Shown: one piece after another, positions 56,314 through 64,000 of the stretch
Layout of the letters: the number at the start of each line of letters is the position of its first letter
Position numbering within the stretch: position 1 is the stretch's first letter
Assembly: GCA_964610885.1 (NCBI GenBank)
Contig: CAZSWR010000003.1
Span: 29,770 to 93,769, forward strand
Source: an uncultured Hyphomicrobiales bacterium
Lineage (GTDB): Bacteria > Bacteroidota > Ignavibacteria > Kapaibacteriales > UBA2268
DNA length: 64,000 nucleotides
Direction of reading: 5' to 3'
The notes under the pieces: model-generated
What the model saw: the letters and a program-made list of their open reading frames with translations, nothing else
Told to the model about the DNA's origin: nothing
Databases searched by the model: none
Translations under genes and position numbers: made by a program

Positions 56314-57342
56314 ATGAAAAAACCGAACGCTCCCGAACGCGCCGTCGGCGGGGAAAAGATAAAAGAAGACGAAATCGAAGCCGCGCTCCGGCCCAAGCAC
56401 TTCGACGATTTCACGGGCCAACCGAAAATTGTCGAGAACCTGAAGGTGTTCATCAGCGCGGCCAAATCGCGCAAAGAGCCTTTGGACCACGTCCTGCTGA
56501 CCGGACCGCCGGGACTGGGCAAGACCACGCTCAGCTATATTATCTCCCGCGAAATGGGATCGAATATCAAAATCACTTCAGGCCCCGTGCTGGACAAACC
56601 CGGAGACTTGGCCGGCCTGCTGACGAACCTCGACGAGGGCGACGTCCTATTCATCGACGAGATACACCGGCTTTCGCCCGTCGTGGAGGAATACCTATAC
56701 TCGGCAATGGAAGAGTTCCGTTTAGACATTATGATCGATTCCGGCCCGTCCGCTCGGACGATTCAGCTCAGCCTGCCGCGCTTCACTCTGGTGGGCGCCA
56801 CCACCCGCGCCGGATTGCTCACCGCGCCGCTTCGGACCCGCTTCGGCATCTTGAACCGCTTGGACTACTACAGCAAAGATGAGCTTTTCAAAGTGGTGCT
56901 GCGCTCCGCCGGGCTGCTCGGCGCTCCGATCGACGACGGCGGCGCTGCCGAGATTGCCGGCCGCTCCAGAGGCACCCCCAGAATTGCGAACCGATTGCTG
57001 CGCCGCACTCGGGACTTCGCCACCGTCAAAGGGAACGGTACAATTACCGAAGAGATTGCCAAGATGGCCCTGACCGCGCTCGACGTGGACGAATTCGGAC
57101 TTGACGAAATGGACAAACGCATACTGCTGGCCATAATGGAGAAATTCGACGGCGGGCCGGTCGGAGTCAATACAATCGCCGTGGCCGTGGGCGAGGAACC
57201 CGGCACAATCGAAGAGGTTTACGAACCCTTCCTGATCCAGCAGGGCTTCCTGAAACGCACACCCCGCGGGCGAATGGCCACCGAACAGTGCTACCGCCAT
57301 TTCGGATTGGACAGGGCGCGCCCCGAAGGGCTTTTCGATTGA
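56314..57342 (+). CDS. ruvB: Holliday junction branch migration helicase RuvB
   Basis: Walker [12 protein letters not shown], Walker [10 protein letters not shown], and sensor/arginine-finger region [15 protein letters not shown]. Confidence 0.97.
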   Translation: MKKPNAPERAVGGEKIKEDEIEAALRPKHFDDFTGQPKIVENLKVFISAAKSRKEPLDHVLLTGPPGLGKTTLSYIISREMGSNIKITSGPVLDKPGDLAGLLTNLDEGDVLFIDEIHRLSPVVEEYLYSAMEEFRLDIMIDSGPSARTIQLSLPRFTLVGATTRAGLLTAPLRTRFGILNRLDYYSKDELFKVVLRSAGLLGAPIDDGGAAEIAGRSRGTPRIANRLLRRTRDFATVKGNGTITEEIAKMALTALDVDEFGLDEMDKRILLAIMEKFDGGPVGVNTIAVAVGEEPGTIEEVYEPFLIQQGFLKRTPRGRMATEQCYRHFGLDRARPEGLFD

Positions 57343-57438
57343 TTTGCCCGGAATGGTTTGAAATACTTTCGAGAGATGGATAATTCAGAATAATATTAAA
57401 TTATAAAGAATTCTCTTTTTCGAAATGATACAAAATGT

Positions 57439-57575
57439 GAGGGGCTGTCTCAAAAGTCCGAAAAACTGTTTTTGGTCATGTTGAACGAAGTGAAACATCC
57501 ATTATTAGCAAGGACTTATGAGTGGCATGGATTCTTCACTTCGTTCAGAATGACCCTTTTGAGACAGCCCCCTAC
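57439..57575 (+). repeat. family 2 copy
   Basis: gaggggctgtctcaaaag...gtcatgttgaacgaagtgaaacatcc...ggattcttcacttcgttcagaatgac...cttttgagacagccccctac. Confidence 0.85.
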
Positions 57576-57728
57576 ATAGAGCAAAACCACGATTCTCTTG
57601 ATCGGATGAGTTTTTGATATCAAAATTCGTTGTTGAGTTTGGGTTAGTACCCACACAAAACTTTATTGAACCATATTTTCATGTAGTAGTTCGCAATTTG
57701 CAATAATAAATCGGGGAGGGATACTCGC

Positions 57729-57950
57729 ATGGCACGAGATATAAGATTTGCAGACCTAATGACGGACCTGCTGATCGAGCAGAAGAAAACCAACGAATTG
57801 CTTACCGTTCTGAACCAAACGATTATCACCGTGGCCGAAAGGCTCCAGCGCGTCGAAAAGGACGGCACGCGCCACACCACAGAACTGGGCGACTTGCGCA
57901 ATTCGATGATCGAACTGGCATCGAAAATCGTGAAGAAGGATATTAAGTAA
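57729..57950 (+). CDS. small hypothetical coiled-coil protein
   Basis: 73 aa. The ATG is preceded by GGGAGGG. The sequence has heptad-like Leu/Ile spacing. No known domain. Confidence 0.4.
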   Translation: MARDIRFADLMTDLLIEQKKTNELLTVLNQTIITVAERLQRVEKDGTRHTTELGDLRNSMIELASKIVKKDIK

Positions 57951-58253
57951 ACAGTTGATGTGGCGGTCACCCGATTATTCCGCCATAATTTCTCGATTCA
58001 AAAGCGCTTAGTGCAGGCCCGAAACTCAGGCTGCTTTGGCGATTGGTTTGCGGAATACTCCTTCGATCCGGCCTATCGATACAGCTGCCAAAGTCGATGC
58101 GTGCCAAATCAGCAGAAATATTTTTATATTTTTCCACATTTAGTTTTTATTTATTAACATTTTATTTTAATTTCGTATGATTTGAAAATTATACCATAAT
58201 TATTGTTTTACCGACAGCGGCACTACATTGTTAAATATATACGAGATTTCTAT

Positions 58254-59654
58254 ATGATAGTATTTGGTACAGATGGCTGGAGAGGCTTGATAGCCCGCGA
58301 TTTTAACTTCGATAACTTGCACTTGGTTGCCTTGGCGACCGCCCGTTTGGTCAAGAAACTCGAAAAAGACAATCCGACGATTGTCGTCGGCTACGATACA
58401 CGATTCCTCTCGAAGGAATTCGCTCACGAAACAGCGCAAATCCTCGCATGGCAGGGCGTTACGGTGCACCTCTGCGACAATATTTCATCGACGCCACAGG
58501 TATCGTACCATACGAAACAGAAAAATGCACAGCTCGGCGTCGTTATAACCGCCAGCCACAATCCGCCAGAGTACAACGGCTACAAACTCAAAGCCCATTT
58601 CGGCGGCCCGGCAGCGCCCGAGCAAATCGCACAACTCGAAATGGAACTCAAGAAAGTCTCGGCACGCCCGCCGCAGATGAATTTCAAGCCGATGGAGCAC
58701 TACCTGAACAACAAAAAGATACGCCTCTTCGACGCGAAAGAGCCTTATGTCCGTTATATCAAAAAGAAAATTGATATCGAAGCAATTAAAAAGGCCGATT
58801 TCAAAATCCTTTACGACCCGATGTATGGCGCCGGAATCGACACCATGCGCATGTTGCTCCCGGCCGATGAGATTCACGGGATCCATAATCCTTCGTTCGG
58901 CGAACTGGGCCACCCGGAACCAATCGGCGAATGCCTCACGGAGCTGATCAACAAAGTCCGCAACGGCGGCTACGACATTGGTATCGCAACCGATGGCGAC
59001 GCAGACCGCATCGGCTTGGTCGATAACGAAGGCACATTCGTGGATTCGCACCGCATCTTTATGATCCTGCTCAAACACCTCTACGAAAAGAAGAAAAAAC
59101 GCGGCGCCGTTGCCAAAACGGTTTCGCTCACCTCGATGGTGGACGCATACTGCGAGAAAAAAGGAATTCCTCTGCACGAGACTCCTGTCGGGTTCAAACA
59201 CATCGCCAAGCTGATGATCGAAGAGAAAATCATCGTCGGCGGCGAGGAATCGGGCGGCCTCAGCACTATACTCCACATCCCCGAACGCGACGGCCTTTTC
59301 AATGCTTTCCTGATACTCGAAATCATGGCCACCGAAAAGAAATCGCTCAAGGAACTCTGCAAAGAGCTTGACGAAGAATTCGGGCCGCACCGCTACGCCC
59401 GCCGCGACGTGCGCGTTACGCCCCAGCTGAAGAAACAAATCCTCTCGGCCTGCGAAAAGACTCCGAAGCAACTCGGCCGCCACACAGTCATCGGCACTAA
59501 CCACCGCGACGGCTTCAAATTCTTCGTCGACAAAGGCTGGCTGCTGATTCGCGCCTCCGGTACCGAACCGCTCGTCCGCTTCTATGCCGAGGCAGACACC
59601 ACAGGAAACGTGAACGAACTGCTTGACGAAGGCCTGAAACTCGGGAAGAAGTAA
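58254..59654 (+). CDS. phosphoglucomutase/phosphomannomutase family protein
   Basis: MIVFGTDGWRG, the phosphoserine loop ITASHNPPEYNGYK, the metal loop ATDGDADR, and GGEESGG. The internal ATG at 58254 is preferred over the TTG at 58203. Confidence 0.9.
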   Translation: MIVFGTDGWRGLIARDFNFDNLHLVALATARLVKKLEKDNPTIVVGYDTRFLSKEFAHETAQILAWQGVTVHLCDNISSTPQVSYHTKQKNAQLGVVITASHNPPEYNGYKLKAHFGGPAAPEQIAQLEMELKKVSARPPQMNFKPMEHYLNNKKIRLFDAKEPYVRYIKKKIDIEAIKKADFKILYDPMYGAGIDTMRMLLPADEIHGIHNPSFGELGHPEPIGECLTELINKVRNGGYDIGIATDGDADRIGLVDNEGTFVDSHRIFMILLKHLYEKKKKRGAVAKTVSLTSMVDAYCEKKGIPLHETPVGFKHIAKLMIEEKIIVGGEESGGLSTILHIPERDGLFNAFLILEIMATEKKSLKELCKELDEEFGPHRYARRDVRVTPQLKKQILSACEKTPKQLGRHTVIGTNHRDGFKFFVDKGWLLIRASGTEPLVRFYAEADTTGNVNELLDEGLKLGKK

Positions 59655-59684
59655 ATCAGTTTCTTACGTGAAATATTTGAACAA

Positions 59685-59720
59685 AAAGAGCATTTGCCGG
59701 AAGTCAAGTGCTCTTTTTTT
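59685..59720 (+). terminator. rho-independent terminator after the PGM/PMM gene
   Basis: AGAGCATTT / AAGTGCTCT stem followed by TTTTTTT. Confidence 0.75.
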
Positions 59721-59821
59721 AGGCGCAGCTAAAATTCTGCATTGTTTTGTTCGTCTTATATATTATTATTTGCAGTAAAGTAAGTGTGTTTGTACTGCAT
59801 TCGATTAGAAGGAGTTGCCAA

Positions 59822-60985
59822 ATGAGCTATCAAAATGTTGATTATTTCCAGATAGATGAGCTATACTCGCCGGAGGAAATATTAGTGCGCGACACGGTTC
59901 GCGAATTTGTTGACAACGAAGTGCTACCCATCATCGAGGACAGGTTCGAGCGGGCCGCACCGCCCACAGAACTTCTGCCGAAAATGGCCGAGCTTGGGCT
60001 GTTCGGCATCACCCTGCCGGAGGAATACGGCGGCGCCGGAGCAAACTACACATGCTATGGGCTGGCCATGCAAGAGCTGGAGCGCGGGGACTCGGCGATT
60101 CGTTCGGCCGCGTCAGTGCAGAATTCGCTCGTCATGTTCCCAATCTTTGAGTATGGATCCGAAGAAATCAAGAGGAAATGGCTCCCACGCTTGGCTGCGG
60201 GCACCGCAATCGGTTGCTTCGGGCTGACGGAGCCGGACTTCGGGTCGAACCCGTCGGGCATGGCTACGACCGCCCGCAAGACCGACAGCGGATACCTGCT
60301 GAACGGTGCGAAAATGTGGATCACGAACGGCACAATTGCCGACGTCGCTGTGGTATGGGCCAAACTCGATGGCCAAGTGCGCGGCTTTTTGGTCGAGAAG
60401 GGCACCAAGGGCTTCACTGCGCCGGAAATGCACGGCAAGCACTCGCTCCGCGCATCGGTAACGTCCGAACTGATACTTCAGGACGTCGAAGTGCCCGAGG
60501 AGAATATCCTGAACGTCAGCGGACTACGCGGCCCGCTGAGCTGCCTGACGAACGCAAGGTATGGCATCGCTTGGGGAGTGATCGGCTCGGCCATTGCGGT
60601 TTACGAATCCGCTCTCGACTACGCGAAAAGCCGCATCCAGTTCGGCCGGCCAATCGCCGGATTCCAACTGACGCAAGACAAATTGGTGCGAATGCTGAAC
60701 GAGATCACGAAAGCCCAACTCGTTGCCTACAGGCTCGGGCGTCTCAAAGACGACCACCGCGAGCGCTTCCAGCAGGTCTCGTTCGCCAAGAGGAACAACG
60801 TGGAAATGGCCCTGAATTGCGCGCATACAGCCCGCGAGATCTTGGGCGCGAACGGTATCTCGAACGAGTACCCGATCATGCGCCACGCAGCGAATTTGGA
60901 ATCCGTCAAGACATACGAAGGCACTCACGAGATACACACGCTAATCGTCGGGCAGGACATAACCGGAATCGCGGCATATAGTTAG
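59822..60985 (+). CDS. gcdH: acyl-CoA dehydrogenase, glutaryl-CoA dehydrogenase-like
   Basis: The ATG at 59822 is preceded by AGGAG. GCFGLTEPDFGSNP, KMWITNG, ARYGIAWG and ESVKTYEGTHEIHTLIVG resemble the GCDH subfamily. Confidence 0.75.
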   Translation: MSYQNVDYFQIDELYSPEEILVRDTVREFVDNEVLPIIEDRFERAAPPTELLPKMAELGLFGITLPEEYGGAGANYTCYGLAMQELERGDSAIRSAASVQNSLVMFPIFEYGSEEIKRKWLPRLAAGTAIGCFGLTEPDFGSNPSGMATTARKTDSGYLLNGAKMWITNGTIADVAVVWAKLDGQVRGFLVEKGTKGFTAPEMHGKHSLRASVTSELILQDVEVPEENILNVSGLRGPLSCLTNARYGIAWGVIGSAIAVYESALDYAKSRIQFGRPIAGFQLTQDKLVRMLNEITKAQLVAYRLGRLKDDHRERFQQVSFAKRNNVEMALNCAHTAREILGANGISNEYPIMRHAANLESVKTYEGTHEIHTLIVGQDITGIAAYS

Positions 60986-61022
60986 AGCTGGGCAGGTTAG
61001 GCTGCAAATCTTTGCGTGATAT

Positions 61023-61090
61023 CCTCTTCCGATGACTTTTGGAATTTCATCTATAATTGAGATTGTTACGTTTGTAGTCATCGGATGGGT
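61023..61090. repeat. family 1 copy
   Basis: cctcttccgatgact...agtcatcggatgggt. It directly abuts a GATGTGAT-type arm. Confidence 0.85.
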
Positions 61091-61224
61091 TGATTAGCAG
61101 ATGTGATGATATGATGTAGGGGCGGGTTCATAACCCGCCCGAGGATATGATTTATATAGTACAATATAAGATTTTCAGGCGAGTTTAAAACAATTCCGAG
61201 GGCACGGCGTGCCGTGCCCCTACG
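61091..61224 (-). repeat. family 7 copy, inverted
   Basis: Arm is tgattagcagatgtgatgatatga. Inverted module B lies at 61115-61158 and inverted module A (gagggcacggcgtgccgtgcccctacg) at 61198-61224. Confidence 0.8.
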
Positions 61225-61417
61225 ATCTCAATACCACTAAGAACTTTATCAAAATTCCCTAACCTTGATTGCCAACGGAAATCCAAACCTGAAAAACGAC
61301 CTTTTTATCTTATGTACTGTATGAGTGAATAAGGTTGGATTCGATGATAAGGTTGTTGTATTACAAAACAATTTATATAAAGTATTATATAAAATATACG
61401 CATAATTTTGCTTGGAA

Positions 61418-61486
61418 GACTCATCCGATGACTTTTGGATTTTCATTCGTAATTGAGTTTGTTACGTTGGTATTCATCGGATGAGT
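61418..61486. repeat. family 1 copy
   Basis: gactcatccgatgact...attcatcggatgagt. It directly abuts a GATGTGxT-type arm. Confidence 0.85.
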
Positions 61487-61684
61487 TGATGAGCTGATGT
61501 GGTAATGTGCTGATTACTCGTAAGTCGCGCTACGAGAAGGAAATACCACCCACGTATTAACCAGATGTGCCACACTTCCGAAGTGTGGCACATCTTCCTA
61601 CTTGCAACTTTTACCTTTCTACTTGCAACAATTTTCACCACATCATCTCATCATCACATCAACACATCATCACATCATCTAATC
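61487..61684 (+). repeat. family 7 copy with a substituted hairpin
   Basis: Left arm is tgatgagctgatgtggtaatgtgctgattactcgtaag. A perfect 14-bp-stem hairpin gatgtgccacactt-ccg-aagtgtggcacatc lies at 61564-61594. Right arm is ctacttgcaacttttacc...catcatctcatcatcacatcaacacatcatcacatcatc. Confidence 0.8.
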
Positions 61685-61702
61685 GTCGTATCATTATTAT
61701 AA

Positions 61703-61734
61703 TAAAAAACCCCTAACCGAGAGCGGAAAGGGGC
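61703..61734 (-). terminator. terminator downstream of the degP-like gene (minus strand)
   Basis: The minus strand reads CCCCTTTCCGCTCTCGGTTAGGGG followed by TTTTTTATT. Confidence 0.6.
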
Positions 61735-61761
61735 TTGAGAAGAATTGGATTTATATAGTGT

Positions 61762-63294
61762 TTATTCCGGTACCTCGATTGCCACGACGTTCGTGAATTC
61801 TTTGTATTTAATTGTCATCTTGAAGGCATCGCCGGGGCTTTTCGATTTGATGATTCTGTTCAGGTCCGCCACCGAACCGACATCTTCGCCGGCTGCTTTC
61901 GTGATAACTCCGCCGGGGTTCATACCACGGCGGGCAGCATTGCCGTAGCGATCTACTTTCGAGATATAGGCTCCGCGTTCGATTCCGAGTTTCTCGCCTA
62001 TGTCTTTTTTCAGTGGTTCGACTGTGAATCCGAGTTTCTCGAACGAAACGGGCTTGTCTGTGTCCACGTCTCCGCCGGATTTGGCTCCGCCATTGGACGA
62101 ACCGGCCAATTCGGCATCTTCGGGGCGCATTTCGAGTTTGACATCTTTTGTGATGACTTTCTTATCTCGCGAAATTGTAAGCGTAACTGTTTCGCCGGGG
62201 CGTTTGAGCGCGATTGCGGCTTGGAATTCGTTCGACGAGTTAATCGTCTTGCCGTTCAGCTCGTATATATAGTCTCCTGCTTCGATTCCGGCCTTTTCGG
62301 CGGGCGAATCCTTGACCACTTCGGCCACTTTCACGCCCTTGACTTCGCTGAGGCCTTCGGCTTTTGCATCGGTTTTGTCCACGTTTTGCATTTTAATGCC
62401 GACGTATGCACGCATCACTTTGCCGTTTTGGATCAGGTCCATTGCGACTTGTTTGACCATGTCCACAGGGATTGCGAACCCATAGCCTATGTACGAACCG
62501 GTACGAGTAGCGATTGCGGAGTTAATGCCTACGAGGCTTCCCTCCAGGTTGTATAGACCACCGCCGCTATTGCCCGGGTTGATTGCAGCATCGGTTTGGA
62601 TGAAGTTTTCGATGTTGAATCCGCTTTTCTTGGATGGTAGGTTCAATCCGCCGCGTCCGATTGCGCTGACGATGCCGGCGGTAACCGTGGAATTCAGCCC
62701 CAGAGGGTTGCCAACGGCGATAACGGATTCGCCGACTTTAACAGTTTCCATATCGGCGAAATGAGCCACTGTGAGGCCTTCGGCTTCGATTTTGATCACT
62801 GCCAGGTCGGTCGTGGGGTCGGTGCCGATTAGCTTTGCAGTATATTCTTTTTTGTCGTTGGTGGTAACGGTAATTTTGCTGGCGTCCTCGACGACGTGGT
62901 TATTTGTAACGATGTATCCGTCGGAGGAGATAATGACGCCCGATCCGGCTCCGGTTTGGGGTTGGGACCCCGAATCGTCATTGCCGCCGTATGGGCTGCC
63001 GAAGAAGCGGAAAAACTCCTGGAATTCGTCAGGGATTTGGCCTGAGTTTGATTTCTTTCGGTCGATTTCCACGCTGATGCTGACCACAGTCGGAATAACC
63101 GCTTCGCTGGCTGCGACCATTGCTTGGTTAAGTGCCTTGATGTTCTCGTTCAAAACCACCGGTGGCCGAGCCGCCCCAATATCGCCTGCTGTCAGGTTGT
63201 GCAGAAAGCCTGTCGCGGCAGCGTAAGTGATTAAAGCGCCGATCAATACTCCGAGTGAAGTAAGTCCGATTGTTTTTGAGATCCGTTTTTGCAT
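61762..63294 (-). CDS. Do/DegP/HtrA-family periplasmic serine endoprotease with two PDZ domains
   Basis: 510 aa with N-terminal TM/signal, the trypsin-like motifs TNNHVV, DLAVIK and GNSGGGL, and two PDZ-like regions. Confidence 0.92.
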   Translation of the reverse strand: MQKRISKTIGLTSLGVLIGALITYAAATGFLHNLTAGDIGAARPPVVLNENIKALNQAMVAASEAVIPTVVSISVEIDRKKSNSGQIPDEFQEFFRFFGSPYGGNDDSGSQPQTGAGSGVIISSDGYIVTNNHVVEDASKITVTTNDKKEYTAKLIGTDPTTDLAVIKIEAEGLTVAHFADMETVKVGESVIAVGNPLGLNSTVTAGIVSAIGRGGLNLPSKKSGFNIENFIQTDAAINPGNSGGGLYNLEGSLVGINSAIATRTGSYIGYGFAIPVDMVKQVAMDLIQNGKVMRAYVGIKMQNVDKTDAKAEGLSEVKGVKVAEVVKDSPAEKAGIEAGDYIYELNGKTINSSNEFQAAIALKRPGETVTLTISRDKKVITKDVKLEMRPEDAELAGSSNGGAKSGGDVDTDKPVSFEKLGFTVEPLKKDIGEKLGIERGAYISKVDRYGNAARRGMNPGGVITKAAGEDVGSVADLNRIIKSKSPGDAFKMTIKYKEFTNVVAIEVPE

Positions 63295-63745
63295 ATTTTC
63301 CTCACTTGTTATTATAATATAAAATTATAAAAAACCTGCAAACATATAACGATGTTAAAGTGTAAAAAGTTTGTCGAAAAGTTACAAAAAAATTTTAAAA
63401 ATATTTCGGTCCATAATTTTTGGCTGTTTCCATACCATTCATCCGATGAATTTCAACTCCTATAAAAATGTATGGGCGGGTTCCAAATACGTTTATGATG
63501 TTTGCTGATGCTGAATAAATCAAGTTTTTTTGTCCGATTGTCATTACTTTAACAATAAAAATATTATTAAAATTTTATTTACCAGATTGCGTCTTGAAAT
63601 ATACTATGATCGCGCAGTAGCGATTCCGGGATAAACACTTGAAATATTAAATAATTAAGCAGTTACCAAGGCATCTGTTAAATTTCTGACAATAACTTTG
63701 GAATGCGAATATTCTTTATAGAATAGAAAGTTTTTCATAATCGTG

Positions 63746-63761
63746 CCGATAAATTTATCGG
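63746..63761. promoter_or_regulatory. perfect 16-bp palindrome upstream of a response-regulator gene
   Basis: CCGATAAATTTATCGG, 61 bp upstream of the ATG at 63822. Confidence 0.3.
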
Positions 63762-63821
63762 TATCATTGATACATTGAATTTTTGAAGAATTGGTTAGAC
63801 TCCTGCCGAATAGGAGTTATT

Positions 63822-64000
63822 ATGGGAGAGGTAATGGACAACACGGATATAGCAAAGCTCGGAGACGATAAGCCGTTGATTTTGATAGTCGATGACATAC
63901 CGGAGAACCTCCAAGTGCTTAGCGAAACACTTCTAATCTATGGTTACGAAGTGATTCAGGCGTCCAATGGCGAAACCGCCATACAGTTGGCTGCTTCGCG
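63822..64000 (+). CDS. response regulator receiver domain; the 3' end lies beyond the window
   Basis: TAGGAG RBS at 63811-63816. MGEVMDNTDIAKLGDDKPLILIVDDIPENLQVLSETLLIYGYEVIQASNGETAIQLAAS. Confidence 0.8.
   Translation, partial: MGEVMDNTDIAKLGDDKPLILIVDDIPENLQVLSETLLIYGYEVIQASNGETAIQLAAS

Noticed and set aside
835-64000. A search by eye of all intergenic gaps for tRNA, rRNA, tmRNA, RNase P and SRP RNA.
   Set aside because: I found no T-arm (GGTTCGAATCC-like with a paired stem), no rRNA-like conserved blocks and no GAGGAAAGTCC-type motifs. A covariance-model scan (tRNAscan-SE or Infernal/Rfam) would be needed to be certain.

Overview
This is a 64-kb chromosomal window of roughly 55% G+C by rough hand counts. 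It probably comes from a T9SS-bearing FCB-group-like bacterium: five ORFs end in a Por/T9SS C-terminal sorting domain, and an ECF sigma / anti-sigma / DUF4252 triad is present. I support about 47 protein genes. I recognised no rRNA, tRNA, CRISPR array, transposase or integrase. Housekeeping genes are purB, leuS, htpG, fbp, plsY, rlmN, ruvB, a PGM/PMM-family mutase, a glutaryl-CoA-dehydrogenase-like ACAD, a DegP/HtrA protease and a umuC-like Y-family polymerase. Accessory content includes a 1.8-kaa repeat-rich surface protein, several secreted beta-propeller/OmpA/S8 proteins, a subclass-B1-like metallo-beta-lactamase next to a phosphorelay cluster, and an AT-rich type II R-M pair wedged between the S8 peptidase gene and ruvB. 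There is also an AT-rich islet carrying a decayed T9SS cargo gene. The most system-like novelty is a compact four-gene switch at 33.3-35.1 kb. A stand-alone XRE HTH gene is translationally coupled to an HTH-less S24 peptidase gene. This pair faces an unknown 103-aa protein gene coupled to a Mor-like activator gene. Between them lie two face-to-face TTGACA-N17-TATATT promoters interleaved with four GTAA-N3-TTAC palindromes spaced 21-22 bp apart. The second striking feature is non-coding: nearly every intergenic gap longer than 200 bp is a mosaic of at least eight short hairpin/TIR repeat families. One of these is a roughly 200-350 bp composite element whose inverted arms are built from 8-bp tandem repeats. 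All calls come from reading the sequence and from motif memory. No database search or model was run, so family names are provisional.
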